Positions 17,676 through 27,415 of a stretch of DNA of 64,000 nucleotides are shown here, piece by piece. Source of the stretch: an uncultured Planctomycetales bacterium (lineage in GTDB: Bacteria; Omnitrophota; Gorgyraeia; Zapsychrales; Fredricksoniimonadaceae). Both the position numbers and the translations under genes were made by a program. The stretch lies in the NCBI GenBank assembly GCA_964520655.1, contig CAZFNI010000006.1, positions 78,790 through 142,789 of the forward strand, read 5' to 3'. Every line of letters begins with the position of its first letter. The first letter of the stretch is position 1. The notes beneath the pieces are model-generated. The model was given only the letters and a program-made list of their open reading frames with translations. It was not told the DNA's origin and ran no database searches.

Positions 17676-18976
17676 GCATGAAAACCACAGAAGATCTACG
17701 CAAAGAACGGTTAGGCGCCGGCCAAAAGGTCGGCGTTGTTAATTTAGGCTGCGCCCGCAATTTGGTCGACGCCCAGATGCTGCTTGGCCGTTTGAAAAGA
17801 CAAGGCCACCGCATCGTCGACAGCGAGGAAGCGCAGACGGTGATCGTTAACACCTGTTCGTTCATTGACGAGGCGCGAAAAGAATCGGTGGATACGATCC
17901 TGGAGCTGTTGGAATTAAAGAAGCAGGGTAAGATCAAAAAAGTGATCGTGGCCGGCTGTTTGGCGCAGCGTTACGGTAAAGATCTGGCGGATGAGTTTAA
18001 GGATGTGGATGCATTTGTGGGCACCCCTGTGCTTAATCGCGACGGAGCTGCGGATCAAGTGCAGTTAACCCCGGCGCATTTTGCTTATGTGAAGATCTGT
18101 GAGAGCTGTTTTAATGCCTGTTCGTTCTGTGCCATCCCCAAGATCAAGGGGAAATTCATTTCGCGTACCATTGAAAGCGTTGTCGAGGAGGTTAAGCGTC
18201 TGGATGCCAAGGGAGTCAAGGAGATCAATATCATCGGTCAGGATATCACCGCTTACGGCATGGATATTTACCGTGAGAAATCACTGGCGCGCTTGATCAA
18301 GGCGATAACTAAGGTGTGTCACAATATTGAATGGATCCGCTTATTGTATGCTTTTCCGGCGCATGTGACGGATGAATTGATCGATGTGATGGCGAGTGAA
18401 AAGAAAGTCTGCCAATATATTGATATGCCCCTGCAGCATATCAGCGATCATATTTTAAAGGAGCAGAACAGGAATATCACGTCTCAAGAGACCATTGATC
18501 TGATCCGCAAGATCCGCAAGGCTATGCCTCAGGCGTTCTTGCGCACCACGTATATCGTCGGGCTTCCAGGAGAGACGGCGGAAGATTTCAAACATTTGCG
18601 TGTATTTAACCAAGAGATGCGTTTTGAGAGGGTCGGCGTCTTTATCTATTCGAAAGAAGAGGATACATTGGCGGCCAAGATGAAGGGGCATGTCGCTGGG
18701 GCTGTTAAGAAGCAGCGGATGGACCTCTTGATGCAGGACCAGCAGCGCATATCCAAAGAAGTGCAGCAGCAATTTGTCGGGAGGCGTTTAAAAGTCCTGA
18801 TCGAAGAACAGGAGAAAGATTCTCCCCAGACCTATATCGGCCGCAGCGAATACGATGCTCCGGATGTTGACGGCTTAGTTTATGTGCGTTCCACCAAGGC
18901 GCTAAAGCCTGGACAGTTTGTCATGGTGGATATCACTGATGCTTATGAATATGATCTTTCGGGGGTAGCGGTATGA
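17672..18976 (+). CDS. rimO: Ribosomal protein S12 methylthiotransferase RimO (MiaB-family radical SAM MTTase)
   Basis: MTTase N-domain (VNLGCARNLVD...VNTCSFI), radical-SAM CxxxCxxC (CFNACSFC) and a C-terminal TRAM domain. Length of ~434 aa fits RimO. Confidence 0.8.
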   Translation: MSMKTTEDLRKERLGAGQKVGVVNLGCARNLVDAQMLLGRLKRQGHRIVDSEEAQTVIVNTCSFIDEARKESVDTILELLELKKQGKIKKVIVAGCLAQRYGKDLADEFKDVDAFVGTPVLNRDGAADQVQLTPAHFAYVKICESCFNACSFCAIPKIKGKFISRTIESVVEEVKRLDAKGVKEINIIGQDITAYGMDIYREKSLARLIKAITKVCHNIEWIRLLYAFPAHVTDELIDVMASEKKVCQYIDMPLQHISDHILKEQNRNITSQETIDLIRKIRKAMPQAFLRTTYIVGLPGETAEDFKHLRVFNQEMRFERVGVFIYSKEEDTLAAKMKGHVAGAVKKQRMDLLMQDQQRISKEVQQQFVGRRLKVLIEEQEKDSPQTYIGRSEYDAPDVDGLVYVRSTKALKPGQFVMVDITDAYEYDLSGVAV

Positions 18977-19551
18977 ACATCCCTAATATTCTGACAGTGT
19001 CCCGTTTATTTTTTGCCGCCTTGATCCTTTTGTTAATGTCCTCGAGGAACTTGGAGGCGATCATTGCCGCGACCATGCTGTTCTTGATCGCGTCGATCAC
19101 GGATTTTTACGATGGATATCTGGCTAAAAAGAAAGGACTGATCACTGATTTTGGCAAGATCATGGATCCTATCGCGGATAAAGTCCTGATGCTGGTTGTG
19201 TTCTTTTCGTTGGTGCTGCACGGGATGGTGCAAGGGTGGATGGTGGCGTTGATCATGGTCCGGGAGGTTTTGGTCACGGTGTCGCGTTTGCGGGCCATGG
19301 CTAAAGGCCAGGTGCTGGCGGCGGAGAGATCCGGAAAGATCAAAACAGTCTTTCAAATGGCGTCGATCGGCGCGGCATTATTATTCCTCATTTGCGAACA
19401 AAGCGAGCTGGCCAGGGGGTGGTTTTACCGCGCAGAACCGGCTTGGAGGACCATCATCGAGGTGATGATGCTCATGAGTGTTATATTAACGGTGAGTTCT
19501 GGTATCAGTTATTTCAGGAATAAATGGAACAGCGAAAAAACATCTTCTTAA
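18973..19551 (+). CDS. pgsA: CDP-diacylglycerol--glycerol-3-phosphate 3-phosphatidyltransferase
   Basis: CDP-alcohol phosphatidyltransferase motif DFYDGYLAKKKG...GKIMDPIADK. Four TM helices. Confidence 0.9.
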   Translation: MNIPNILTVSRLFFAALILLLMSSRNLEAIIAATMLFLIASITDFYDGYLAKKKGLITDFGKIMDPIADKVLMLVVFFSLVLHGMVQGWMVALIMVREVLVTVSRLRAMAKGQVLAAERSGKIKTVFQMASIGAALLFLICEQSELARGWFYRAEPAWRTIIEVMMLMSVILTVSSGISYFRNKWNSEKTSS

Positions 19552-19988
19552 ATTTGGCTGCGACCTTCTTTGGGGTTGGTTATTTTCCCTTGGGTTCCGG
19601 CACAGCGGCGACAGCAGCCGGCCTTGTGGTGGTCTATGGGCTATCTCATCAACCGGTCGTGTACCTGTTGGTATTATTTACGTTAACGTTGATCGGGGTT
19701 ATTGCCGCCGGTCATGTGGAAAGAACAAGCGGAGAAAAAGACCCGGGGATCGTTGTTATAGACGAAGTGGTGGGGATCATGATCGCGTTGCTTGGTATTC
19801 CCTTAAGCTGGAAGACCGCGTTGTGCGGATTTTTCTTGTTTCGCGCGCTGGATATGTTTAAAATATATCCTATTAATAAGTTTGAAGCCATTCCTGGCGG
19901 AGTGGGGATCATGCTTGATGACGTCATGGCGGGTTTATACACGAATATCATATTGTCCATTGCTGTGCATTGGGCAGGGTTGGTCTAA
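19524..19988 (+). CDS. pgpA: Phosphatidylglycerophosphatase A
   Basis: PgpA-family sequence (FFGVGYFPLGSGTAATAAG...IDEVVG). Confidence 0.85.
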   Translation: MEQRKNIFLNLAATFFGVGYFPLGSGTAATAAGLVVVYGLSHQPVVYLLVLFTLTLIGVIAAGHVERTSGEKDPGIVVIDEVVGIMIALLGIPLSWKTALCGFFLFRALDMFKIYPINKFEAIPGGVGIMLDDVMAGLYTNIILSIAVHWAGLV

Positions 19989-20008
19989 TAACAAGGAGGG
20001 AAGTAACG

Positions 20009-20752
20009 ATGGAAAGCAGTAATCCTACATTGAATAATAAAGCGTTTGTCGAAGCCCAGGTTGTCGGCGGTGCGCCGGCGATGACCATACAAGGGACGGT
20101 CAATAAATCGCTTATTTTGCTTGGGTTGTTGATCGCGTCTGCATTTGCGACATGGTCGATGTTGTCCAGCGTGAACGCCGGTTCTGTGGGCATTTTATTG
20201 TTAGTCGGCGGTATCGGTGGTCTTATTTTGGCCATTGCCACCAGTTTTAAACCTAACTGGGCACCGGTCACGGCTCCTTTGTATGCGGTTTGCGAAGGAG
20301 TTGTTTTGGCATTGATCTCCGCTTTTTTTGAAATGCGCTATCCTGGCATTGTCATCCAGGCCGTCGGTTTGACCTTTGCGGTGACCTTAGTCATGCTCAT
20401 GGGATACAAGGCGGGTTTCTTCGCCGCGACCCCGGCGCTGCGCAAGGGCATGATGATCGCCATGGGCGGTTTGATGCTGTTCTATGTGGTAGTCATGATC
20501 GCAGGCTTCTTTGGTATCAAGCCTCCAGCATTCATCAGCGGTGGCGGTCCTTTGGGGATTGCGTTTAGTTTATTCATCGTCGGTCTGGCTTCTATGAGCC
20601 TGATCCTGGATTTTGATTTCATTGAACAGGCTTCCAAGAACGGACTGGACAAACGCATGGAGTGGTATGGAGCTTTCACGCTCATGGTCACGTTGGTCTG
20701 GCTGTATATGGAAATCTTGCGCCTTTTAAGCAAGCTTCAGTCGCGTGATTAA
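20009..20752 (+). CDS. Polytopic membrane protein, possibly Bax-inhibitor-1/YccA family
   Basis: AGGAGG RBS 8 nt upstream of the ATG at 20009. About 7 predicted TM helices. The family assignment is tentative. Confidence 0.45.
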   Translation: MESSNPTLNNKAFVEAQVVGGAPAMTIQGTVNKSLILLGLLIASAFATWSMLSSVNAGSVGILLLVGGIGGLILAIATSFKPNWAPVTAPLYAVCEGVVLALISAFFEMRYPGIVIQAVGLTFAVTLVMLMGYKAGFFAATPALRKGMMIAMGGLMLFYVVVMIAGFFGIKPPAFISGGGPLGIAFSLFIVGLASMSLILDFDFIEQASKNGLDKRMEWYGAFTLMVTLVWLYMEILRLLSKLQSRD

Positions 20753-21758
20753 TAGCATTGATAAAATGATGTTATTAAAAGCCCTGGCAGAATATGCCAG
20801 GGCTTTTGCATTGGCAGCGATGTTTTCTCTCCTGATGTTCCGTCATGCTGCTGCCGGCGATCACACAATTGAATTTGGATTCTCCGCGATCACTAAAGAA
20901 GGCGGCCTGCCGCATTACCGCGCGATCAAGAATTTTGAATCTCGGACCGGCGTCGCGGTCAAGACCATGAATTGGTATATGGGTTTTAACGGGGATGACA
21001 GACGCCTTCCGGATATCCCGCTGCGCCGGATGAGTGAATACGCGAACCGGGACATCACGCTCATGCTGACCTTGGAGCCGTGGGGCAATTCAACAGACTG
21101 GAAGGGGCGTGCCATTGATCCTCTTGGATCCATCAATGACGGGCTTCTTGACGGGTATATCCGAAAGATGGCCCGCCAGCTGCGGGATTTCGGTCATCCC
21201 ATCCGCCTGCGTTTTGGTCATGAGATGATCCAGGACGACCATCTTGACACCAAAGGCTGGTATCCTTGGCAGGACAGGCCTGAAGCGTACAGGTCCGCGT
21301 TCATCCGTGTGCGCGATATATTTATCGACGAACATGCGCTCAATGTCGAGTTTGTCTGGTCGCCCAATTATAGTCCTGCGCATCTGGAGATCTTAAAGAA
21401 ATACTATCCTGGACCGGAGTATGTTGATTGGATCGGCATGGATGGGTATAACTGGAACGGGGAAAGTTTTGATGGCATCTTTAAAGGCTTGTATCAGACG
21501 ATCCTCGAGCATCCTGAGGTTTTTGGCCAAAAGCCGCTCATGATCGCCGAGTTTGCCTGCGGGGCTGATAAGAAATTGCTGGATTTCAACAAAGCACGGT
21601 GGATGAAAGACGCCTTTAGCCGTATCTTGATAAAATATCCTCTGGTCAAAGCGGTATATTGGTTGAATTTAAAAAAGGAACGCGATTGGCGTTTGGATTC
21701 ATCGCCGGAAAGTTTGGATGCATTCAAGGAGGCGATGAAAGCCTGGCAAGGTCAATGA
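20745..21758 (+). CDS. Glycoside hydrolase, clan GH-A, GH26-like (beta-mannanase-like)
   Basis: Signal-peptide-like N-terminus. RLRFGHEM acid/base motif and LMIAEFA nucleophile context resemble GH26. Confidence 0.5.
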   Translation: MINSIDKMMLLKALAEYARAFALAAMFSLLMFRHAAAGDHTIEFGFSAITKEGGLPHYRAIKNFESRTGVAVKTMNWYMGFNGDDRRLPDIPLRRMSEYANRDITLMLTLEPWGNSTDWKGRAIDPLGSINDGLLDGYIRKMARQLRDFGHPIRLRFGHEMIQDDHLDTKGWYPWQDRPEAYRSAFIRVRDIFIDEHALNVEFVWSPNYSPAHLEILKKYYPGPEYVDWIGMDGYNWNGESFDGIFKGLYQTILEHPEVFGQKPLMIAEFACGADKKLLDFNKARWMKDAFSRILIKYPLVKAVYWLNLKKERDWRLDSSPESLDAFKEAMKAWQGQ

Positions 21759-23350
21759 CGCCGGGCTTTGATGTCGTACATCCGCTGTTCAAAAAGGCTG
21801 TGGGCCTTAAACGGTTTGTCGGTAAACCACATGACCCACAAGCGTTTGATCTTCGAAGGTGAGCGCAGATAGCTTAAGGTGTAATAGACCGCGAACCCAA
21901 GCGCGCGGTAGATCATCAGCTCGACGCCGCTGATCGCCCGGCAGAATGACGAGGGGATGGTCAGGTCGAACTGGGTGATCAGATGCTTGAAATAATTGTC
22001 GTCGATCTTCCCTAAACGTCCTTCTTTTTCTAACTCTGTGAATAGCTCGCTTCCCGGATAGGGTGAGAACGGGCTGATATTGCAGTCCTGGACTTTAAGC
22101 AAGGCCAGTTTCCATGCAAAGAACAATGTTTTGAACACATCAATGCGCGTTTCAAAAGGAAACCCGATGATGAAGTTGACCTTGACGATCATGCCCTTGG
22201 CGATCGCGATGGCGACAGACTCTTCCAGCTTTTTTAAATGGACTCTTTTTTTGATCATGTCGAGCGTTCTTTGTGAGCCGCTTTCCGGCGCGTAGACGAC
22301 GAATTCACACCCGGTTTCTTTAAGACCAGTGAGGACTTCCTCATCCAGACTTTCTGAACGCGTTCCTGATGGGAGCTGCCAGACGGTCTTGATGCTGCGT
22401 TTTTTGAGCGCCGCGATCAATTCCAGGATCCATTCTTTCTTGACAACAGCCGTTAAGTCGTAGAAATCGATGCTCGTGATCTGATATTTTTTGATATAGT
22501 CTTCGATCTCGTCGATCACATCACCGACGTCGCGCATGGTGTAGCGGGTGGTCCACATCGTCGGGTTGGAACAAAAGGTGCATTGATAGGGGCAGCCACG
22601 CGTGGCGATCATGGCCATATTACGGCCATGAGAGATGCCCATGGTGAAATTTGGCTGAAAATACGGTTCTAAATTGATCAAATGCCAGGACGGCCAGGGC
22701 ATTTTTTTGATGTCTGCGAGACGATTTAACTGGCCTGAACGCACGACGGTGCCGTTGTCACGGTAGGCAATGCTGCGGATGTTGCGTATATCCAAAGAAT
22801 TCCTTATTTTGTGGCACAATTCCAAGAATGTCAATTCGCCTTCGCCCATCACGATATAGTCCACAGCCTTGCAGTCATTCATGGAATATTCCGGCATGGC
22901 CGTGGGATGTTCGCCGCCGATCACGATCGTGGCTTTAGGAAAAGCGCGCCGGATCTTTTGGATATAGTCCCGGACGAAAGGCCATTCCTGCGAGAACATG
23001 ATGCTCACCCCGATGATATCCGTCTTAGGATCGATCAATTTGATCGACTCATCCACATCCTGGCCTTGAACATGAAAATTCCCGTCAGCTGTTAATTGGA
23101 TCCGGTCAATGCCGTTGCCGGGACAGTCGATGATGCGGGCAGTGTATCCGGCTTTTTCTAAAACCCCGGCAATATAGGCCAGTCCGATCGGCAAGGCAAT
23201 GGGGGTGCTGTAGGATGTCCTGGAAAAAATGATCGGAGCTCTGATCAGGGTGATGGGTCTAGTGTCCGCAGGGTTGTTCTTAAAGACAAAAAGCGCGTCC
23301 GCGATGGTGGTGCTGCTGGCGGGCGTGATGTAGCGTACATTTCCACTCAT
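21752..23350 (-). CDS. B12-binding domain radical SAM protein (class B rSAM, likely methyltransferase)
   Basis: N-terminal cobalamin-binding domain. Radical SAM motif ATRGCPYQCTFCSNP. 532 aa. Divergent from the CDP-sugar operon. Confidence 0.8.
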   Translation of the reverse strand: MSGNVRYITPASSTTIADALFVFKNNPADTRPITLIRAPIIFSRTSYSTPIALPIGLAYIAGVLEKAGYTARIIDCPGNGIDRIQLTADGNFHVQGQDVDESIKLIDPKTDIIGVSIMFSQEWPFVRDYIQKIRRAFPKATIVIGGEHPTAMPEYSMNDCKAVDYIVMGEGELTFLELCHKIRNSLDIRNIRSIAYRDNGTVVRSGQLNRLADIKKMPWPSWHLINLEPYFQPNFTMGISHGRNMAMIATRGCPYQCTFCSNPTMWTTRYTMRDVGDVIDEIEDYIKKYQITSIDFYDLTAVVKKEWILELIAALKKRSIKTVWQLPSGTRSESLDEEVLTGLKETGCEFVVYAPESGSQRTLDMIKKRVHLKKLEESVAIAIAKGMIVKVNFIIGFPFETRIDVFKTLFFAWKLALLKVQDCNISPFSPYPGSELFTELEKEGRLGKIDDNYFKHLITQFDLTIPSSFCRAISGVELMIYRALGFAVYYTLSYLRSPSKIKRLWVMWFTDKPFKAHSLFEQRMYDIKARRH

Positions 23351-23457
23351 AATGTCACCAGATTATCATGTTTTTTTCCAAATGCTATTCATTTTTAGAT
23401 GATGCTAACCTGTTGTATTTTAACGGGCTTTGTGCTATAAAAAAGCATATGAAAAAT

Positions 23458-24222
23458 ATGAAAGTCGTTATCTTGGCCGGCGGGATGGGTACCAGATTAT
23501 CGGAAGAAACAGACACCAGGCCTAAGCCCATGGTTGAGATCGGCGGCAAACCGATCCTTTGGCACATCATGAAATACTACAGTGCCTTCGGATTCAAGGA
23601 ATTTGTCATTGCCCTGGGGTATAAGGGGCATCTGATCAAAGATTTCTTTGTTAATTATCATCTCCACCACAGCGACCTAAGTGTTGATATCAAGGACGGT
23701 TCGGTGCGTCTCAATAAAGCGCCCGCGGAAGACTGGCGCGTGCATTTGGTCGACACTGGTTTGCATTCCGGAACTGCCGGACGGTTAAAAATGCTCAAAT
23801 CTTATTTAAAGGGAACATTTTTAATGACGTACGGCGACGGGGTCAGCAATGTGGATCTAACAGCGCTGATCACACATCACCGCCGTTGTAAAAAAGCCGC
23901 GACCTTGACCGCTGTCAGACCGCCCGCTCGTTTTGGTAACTTAAGCTTTAAAGGAACATCCCAGGTGCAGTTTTCCGAGAAATCACAAGTGGCTGAAGGC
24001 TGGATCAACGGCGGATTTTTCGTTCTTGAGCCCAAAGTCCTTGATCTGCTGGATGATACTAAAGAAATGTTCGAACAGCGCCCTTTGGAAACATTGTCCG
24101 TCAAGGGACAGCTCAATGCGTATAAGCACGAAGGGTTTTGGCAGTGCATGGACACCCTGCGTGATGTGAAACTCTTAAACCAGCAGTGGGACGCCGAGCA
24201 GGCGCCCTGGAGAATATGGTGA
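23458..24222 (+). CDS. rfbF: Glucose-1-phosphate cytidylyltransferase
   Basis: MKVVILAGGMGTRLSEETDTRPKPMVEIGGKPILWHIM is near-identical to the RfbF/DdhA N-terminus. An alternative start lies at 23449. Confidence 0.88.
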   Translation: MKVVILAGGMGTRLSEETDTRPKPMVEIGGKPILWHIMKYYSAFGFKEFVIALGYKGHLIKDFFVNYHLHHSDLSVDIKDGSVRLNKAPAEDWRVHLVDTGLHSGTAGRLKMLKSYLKGTFLMTYGDGVSNVDLTALITHHRRCKKAATLTAVRPPARFGNLSFKGTSQVQFSEKSQVAEGWINGGFFVLEPKVLDLLDDTKEMFEQRPLETLSVKGQLNAYKHEGFWQCMDTLRDVKLLNQQWDAEQAPWRIW

Positions 24223-25193
24223 TGGATTTTTGGAAAGACCGCAGTGTTCTGATTACAGGAGCCTCAGGGCTGGTTGGTTCATGGCTGACAGAGCAGCTTG
24301 TCTTAAACCAGGCCCGAGTCACGGTTTTGTTGCAGGATGTGCATGCGCGTTCCCCTTTTATGAAGAACGCGCATGGGAACGTGCATTGTTTTTATGGTCA
24401 GCTCGAAGATAGGGTGATCGTTGAGAAAGCGCTGCTGATATCGGAAGCGGACACGGTCTTTCATTTAGGCGCCCAGACCATCGTCGGGAATGCATTGACG
24501 ACCCCCTGGATCACTTTTGAGGCCAATGTGCGCGGGACATACAATGTCCTGGAAGCTTGCCGTGGTCAAGGTAAGGGGTTAAAAGCGGTCGTGATCGCTT
24601 CCAGCGATAAAGCCTATGGAGACTCATCGCGTCTGCCGTATACGGAGGATATGCCGTTAAACGGCATTGCGCCTTACGATGCTTCTAAAGTTTGCACCGA
24701 AGTCATTGCGAGATCATATGCGAGTACTTACGGTTTGCCGGTCATTGTGGCGCGCTGCGGGAATATTTACGGCGGGGGAGATATGAATTTCAGCCGTTTG
24801 ATCCCGGGCACGATCAAGTCCTTGATCTTTGACCAGGCGCCCATCATCCGTTCTGACGGAACATTTGTCAGGGATTATGTGTATGTCAAGAATGTGGCGG
24901 ATGTCTATATGAAGCTCGCGCATCTGGCCCACCAGAACAAGGCCATCGGGGAGTCTTTTAATTACAGCGACGACGCTCCTAAGAAAGTCCTGGAAGTCGT
25001 CGATATGATCATCCGTGTGATGGGTAAGCCCCATTTAAAGCCTGTGATCCAAAATAACGCGGCGCATGAAATTCACGACCAGCATTTGTCCAGCGCTAAA
25101 TTGCGTTCTTACGTGGATCTTGCGCAGTTGTCAAGCATGGAGAAGTCATTAACCGAAACGATCGGCTGGTACCATGAATTCTTCCGACAATAA
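24216..25193 (+). CDS. rfbG: CDP-glucose 4,6-dehydratase
   Basis: Rossmann GASGLVGSWL and the SDR catalytic YDASK motif. Overlaps the rfbF stop (ATGGTGATGG). Confidence 0.85.
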   Translation: MVMDFWKDRSVLITGASGLVGSWLTEQLVLNQARVTVLLQDVHARSPFMKNAHGNVHCFYGQLEDRVIVEKALLISEADTVFHLGAQTIVGNALTTPWITFEANVRGTYNVLEACRGQGKGLKAVVIASSDKAYGDSSRLPYTEDMPLNGIAPYDASKVCTEVIARSYASTYGLPVIVARCGNIYGGGDMNFSRLIPGTIKSLIFDQAPIIRSDGTFVRDYVYVKNVADVYMKLAHLAHQNKAIGESFNYSDDAPKKVLEVVDMIIRVMGKPHLKPVIQNNAAHEIHDQHLSSAKLRSYVDLAQLSSMEKSLTETIGWYHEFFRQ

Positions 25194-26148
25194 ACAAAAT
25201 GTACCACTTACCGGAAAAGTATTTCTAGTCACCGGTGCGGATGGTTTCTTGGGGGCGGCGCTGGTTAAAATGCTGCTGGCCCAAGGCGCGCGAGTGTACG
25301 GCCAGGTCCGTTCTCTAGAGAACCTGAAGCGATTAGATGCTTCTGCCGAAGGGCTGACGCTTATTCCTTTTGATCTGATGAAGCCGGACTGGGACGTATT
25401 TAAGTCGCATGTGCCAAGCGGTATTGATGTGTTGATCCATACCGCCGCCGCCGGGGTCAGGCCTGATGATAATACCTGGGAGACGCTGTCGCGTGTGAAT
25501 ATCGACGGAACCCAGGGGATGCTGGATACGGCAGCTGTCAAAAAAATAGGACGTTTTGTCTATATTGGATCAAGTTTTGAGTACGGCGACGGGAATTTGT
25601 GGGAAGAGAGCGCGCCGATACGACCCAGGACTTTGTACGGTGTCAGCAAGAGTGCCGGCTGGATGCTGGCTAAGTGTTATGCGGAAACATATCAGCTGCC
25701 GATCGTGGGTTTTCGTCCGTTCTATATGTATGGTCCTAATGAAGGCAAGGAGCGGCTCATCTCTGCGGTCATCCATTCTGCTTTTTCAAGAACATTGCTG
25801 CCGATGACCCTGGGTGAGCAGGAAAGGGATTTTGTTTATATCGACGATGTGGTTCGCGCGATCTTGTGCGGCAGCGTTGAGCCTAGAGCGGCCGGTGAAA
25901 TTTTTAATATCTGCACAGCGGAGTCTGTTTCTATCCGAAAAGTTATTGGATGTTTGGAAGAAGAATCAGGCAAGGCCTTTCCTCTGGCCTGGGGGCAGCT
26001 TCCCTACCGCAAAATGGAATGGGTGCATCTCTCCGGGTCGGGCAATAAGGCCAAACAGTTGCTGGGGTTCATGCCCTTAGTTGGATTACGTGAAGGTTTA
26101 AAAAAGACTTATGAGCATTACCAGAAGCAGTATATTGGGGCAAGTTAA
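25174..26148 (+). CDS. NAD-dependent epimerase/dehydratase family protein. Candidate CDP-paratose synthase/epimerase or CDP-abequose synthase.
   Basis: GADGFLGAALV Rossmann fold and a YGVSK catalytic motif. Sits between rfbG and rfbH, as in dideoxyhexose clusters. Confidence 0.7.
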   Translation: MNSSDNKQNVPLTGKVFLVTGADGFLGAALVKMLLAQGARVYGQVRSLENLKRLDASAEGLTLIPFDLMKPDWDVFKSHVPSGIDVLIHTAAAGVRPDDNTWETLSRVNIDGTQGMLDTAAVKKIGRFVYIGSSFEYGDGNLWEESAPIRPRTLYGVSKSAGWMLAKCYAETYQLPIVGFRPFYMYGPNEGKERLISAVIHSAFSRTLLPMTLGEQERDFVYIDDVVRAILCGSVEPRAAGEIFNICTAESVSIRKVIGCLEEESGKAFPLAWGQLPYRKMEWVHLSGSGNKAKQLLGFMPLVGLREGLKKTYEHYQKQYIGAS

Positions 26149-27415
26149 GGCGTTTTCACAGGAGTCTTCGCTCGCGAGATCGTTCGTTGCTGGCAAAACC
26201 TATATCCCGGTATCCGGAAAAGTATTGGATGCTGACGATTATGCGTTCTTGGTTGATGCCTGTCTTGATGGTTGGCTGACAGCAGGCCGTTTTACCGACG
26301 CATTTGAAAAGGATCTGTGCGCGGCAACGGGTGTTCGTTTTGCCAGCATGGTCAATAGCGGTTCCTCAGCGAATTTACTGGCCGTATGCGCGTTGACCTC
26401 AAAGTCTTTGGGAGCAAGGGCGCTCAAGCCAGGCGATGAAGTGATCGCGACTGCCGCTGGTTTTCCCACGACCCTTAATCCCATCATTCAGAATGATCTT
26501 GTGCCAGTCTTTGTGGATGTCGATCTATCCACCATGAATGTGGATGTGACAAAGCTTGAAGCCGCGATCAGCCCTAAAACCAAGGCCATGATCTTCGCGC
26601 ATACGCTGGGCAATCCTTTTGATATCGCGGCTGTTAGGGCCTTGGCTCAGAAACATGGGTTGTGGCTCATTGAGGATTGCTGCGACGCTTTAGGGGGGAC
26701 ATATGACGGTAAGTCCGTCGGGAGTTTTGGGGACATTGCCACATTGAGTTTTTATCCGGCGCATCATATCACGACTGGCGAAGGCGGGGCGGTGCTGACT
26801 AACAATGCCGTCTTGCAGAAGGCCATTTTATCGTTCCGTGACTGGGGCAGGGACTGCTGGTGCGCGACAGGTAAAGACAACACCTGCGGGAAGAGATTCG
26901 GCTGGCAGCTGGGCAAATTGCCTCAGGGGTATGATCATAAATACATTTATTCACACATCGGCTATAATCTGAAAGCCACCGACATGCAGGCGGCGCTGGG
27001 CGTCTCGCAAATAAAAAAACTGCCGGGATTTGTCCAGATCCGTCGGGACAATTGGCAGGCGTTGCGCTCGGGATTAGACACCTTGTCAGGGCGATTGTCA
27101 TTTGTTGAACCAACCAAGCGATCAGTGCCCAGCTGGTTCGGGTTTATCCTCATGGTCAATGATCCGCGTATCAAGCGTGATGATCTGGTGCGTCATTTGG
27201 AATCTAAAATGATCGGGACGCGGATGTTGTTCGGAGGGAATCTATTAAGCCATCCAGCCTATGAAGCCATCAACCACCGCATTGCGGGTTCTTTGAGCGC
27301 CAGTCAACGCGTGACTGACGATGTATTGTGGATCGGGGTTTATCCGGGGATCACTCCTGAGATGATCGCGTATATGACCGAAACCATAAAACAATTCGTG
27401 AAGGAACGAGCATGA
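26111..27415 (+). CDS. rfbH: CDP-6-deoxy-D-xylo-4-hexulose-3-dehydrase (E1; DegT/DnrJ/EryC1 fold)
   Basis: 434 aa PLP/PMP-dependent aminotransferase-fold protein with RfbH-like length and N-terminal region. Cluster context with rfbF and rfbG. Confidence 0.75.
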   Translation: MSITRSSILGQVKAFSQESSLARSFVAGKTYIPVSGKVLDADDYAFLVDACLDGWLTAGRFTDAFEKDLCAATGVRFASMVNSGSSANLLAVCALTSKSLGARALKPGDEVIATAAGFPTTLNPIIQNDLVPVFVDVDLSTMNVDVTKLEAAISPKTKAMIFAHTLGNPFDIAAVRALAQKHGLWLIEDCCDALGGTYDGKSVGSFGDIATLSFYPAHHITTGEGGAVLTNNAVLQKAILSFRDWGRDCWCATGKDNTCGKRFGWQLGKLPQGYDHKYIYSHIGYNLKATDMQAALGVSQIKKLPGFVQIRRDNWQALRSGLDTLSGRLSFVEPTKRSVPSWFGFILMVNDPRIKRDDLVRHLESKMIGTRMLFGGNLLSHPAYEAINHRIAGSLSASQRVTDDVLWIGVYPGITPEMIAYMTETIKQFVKERA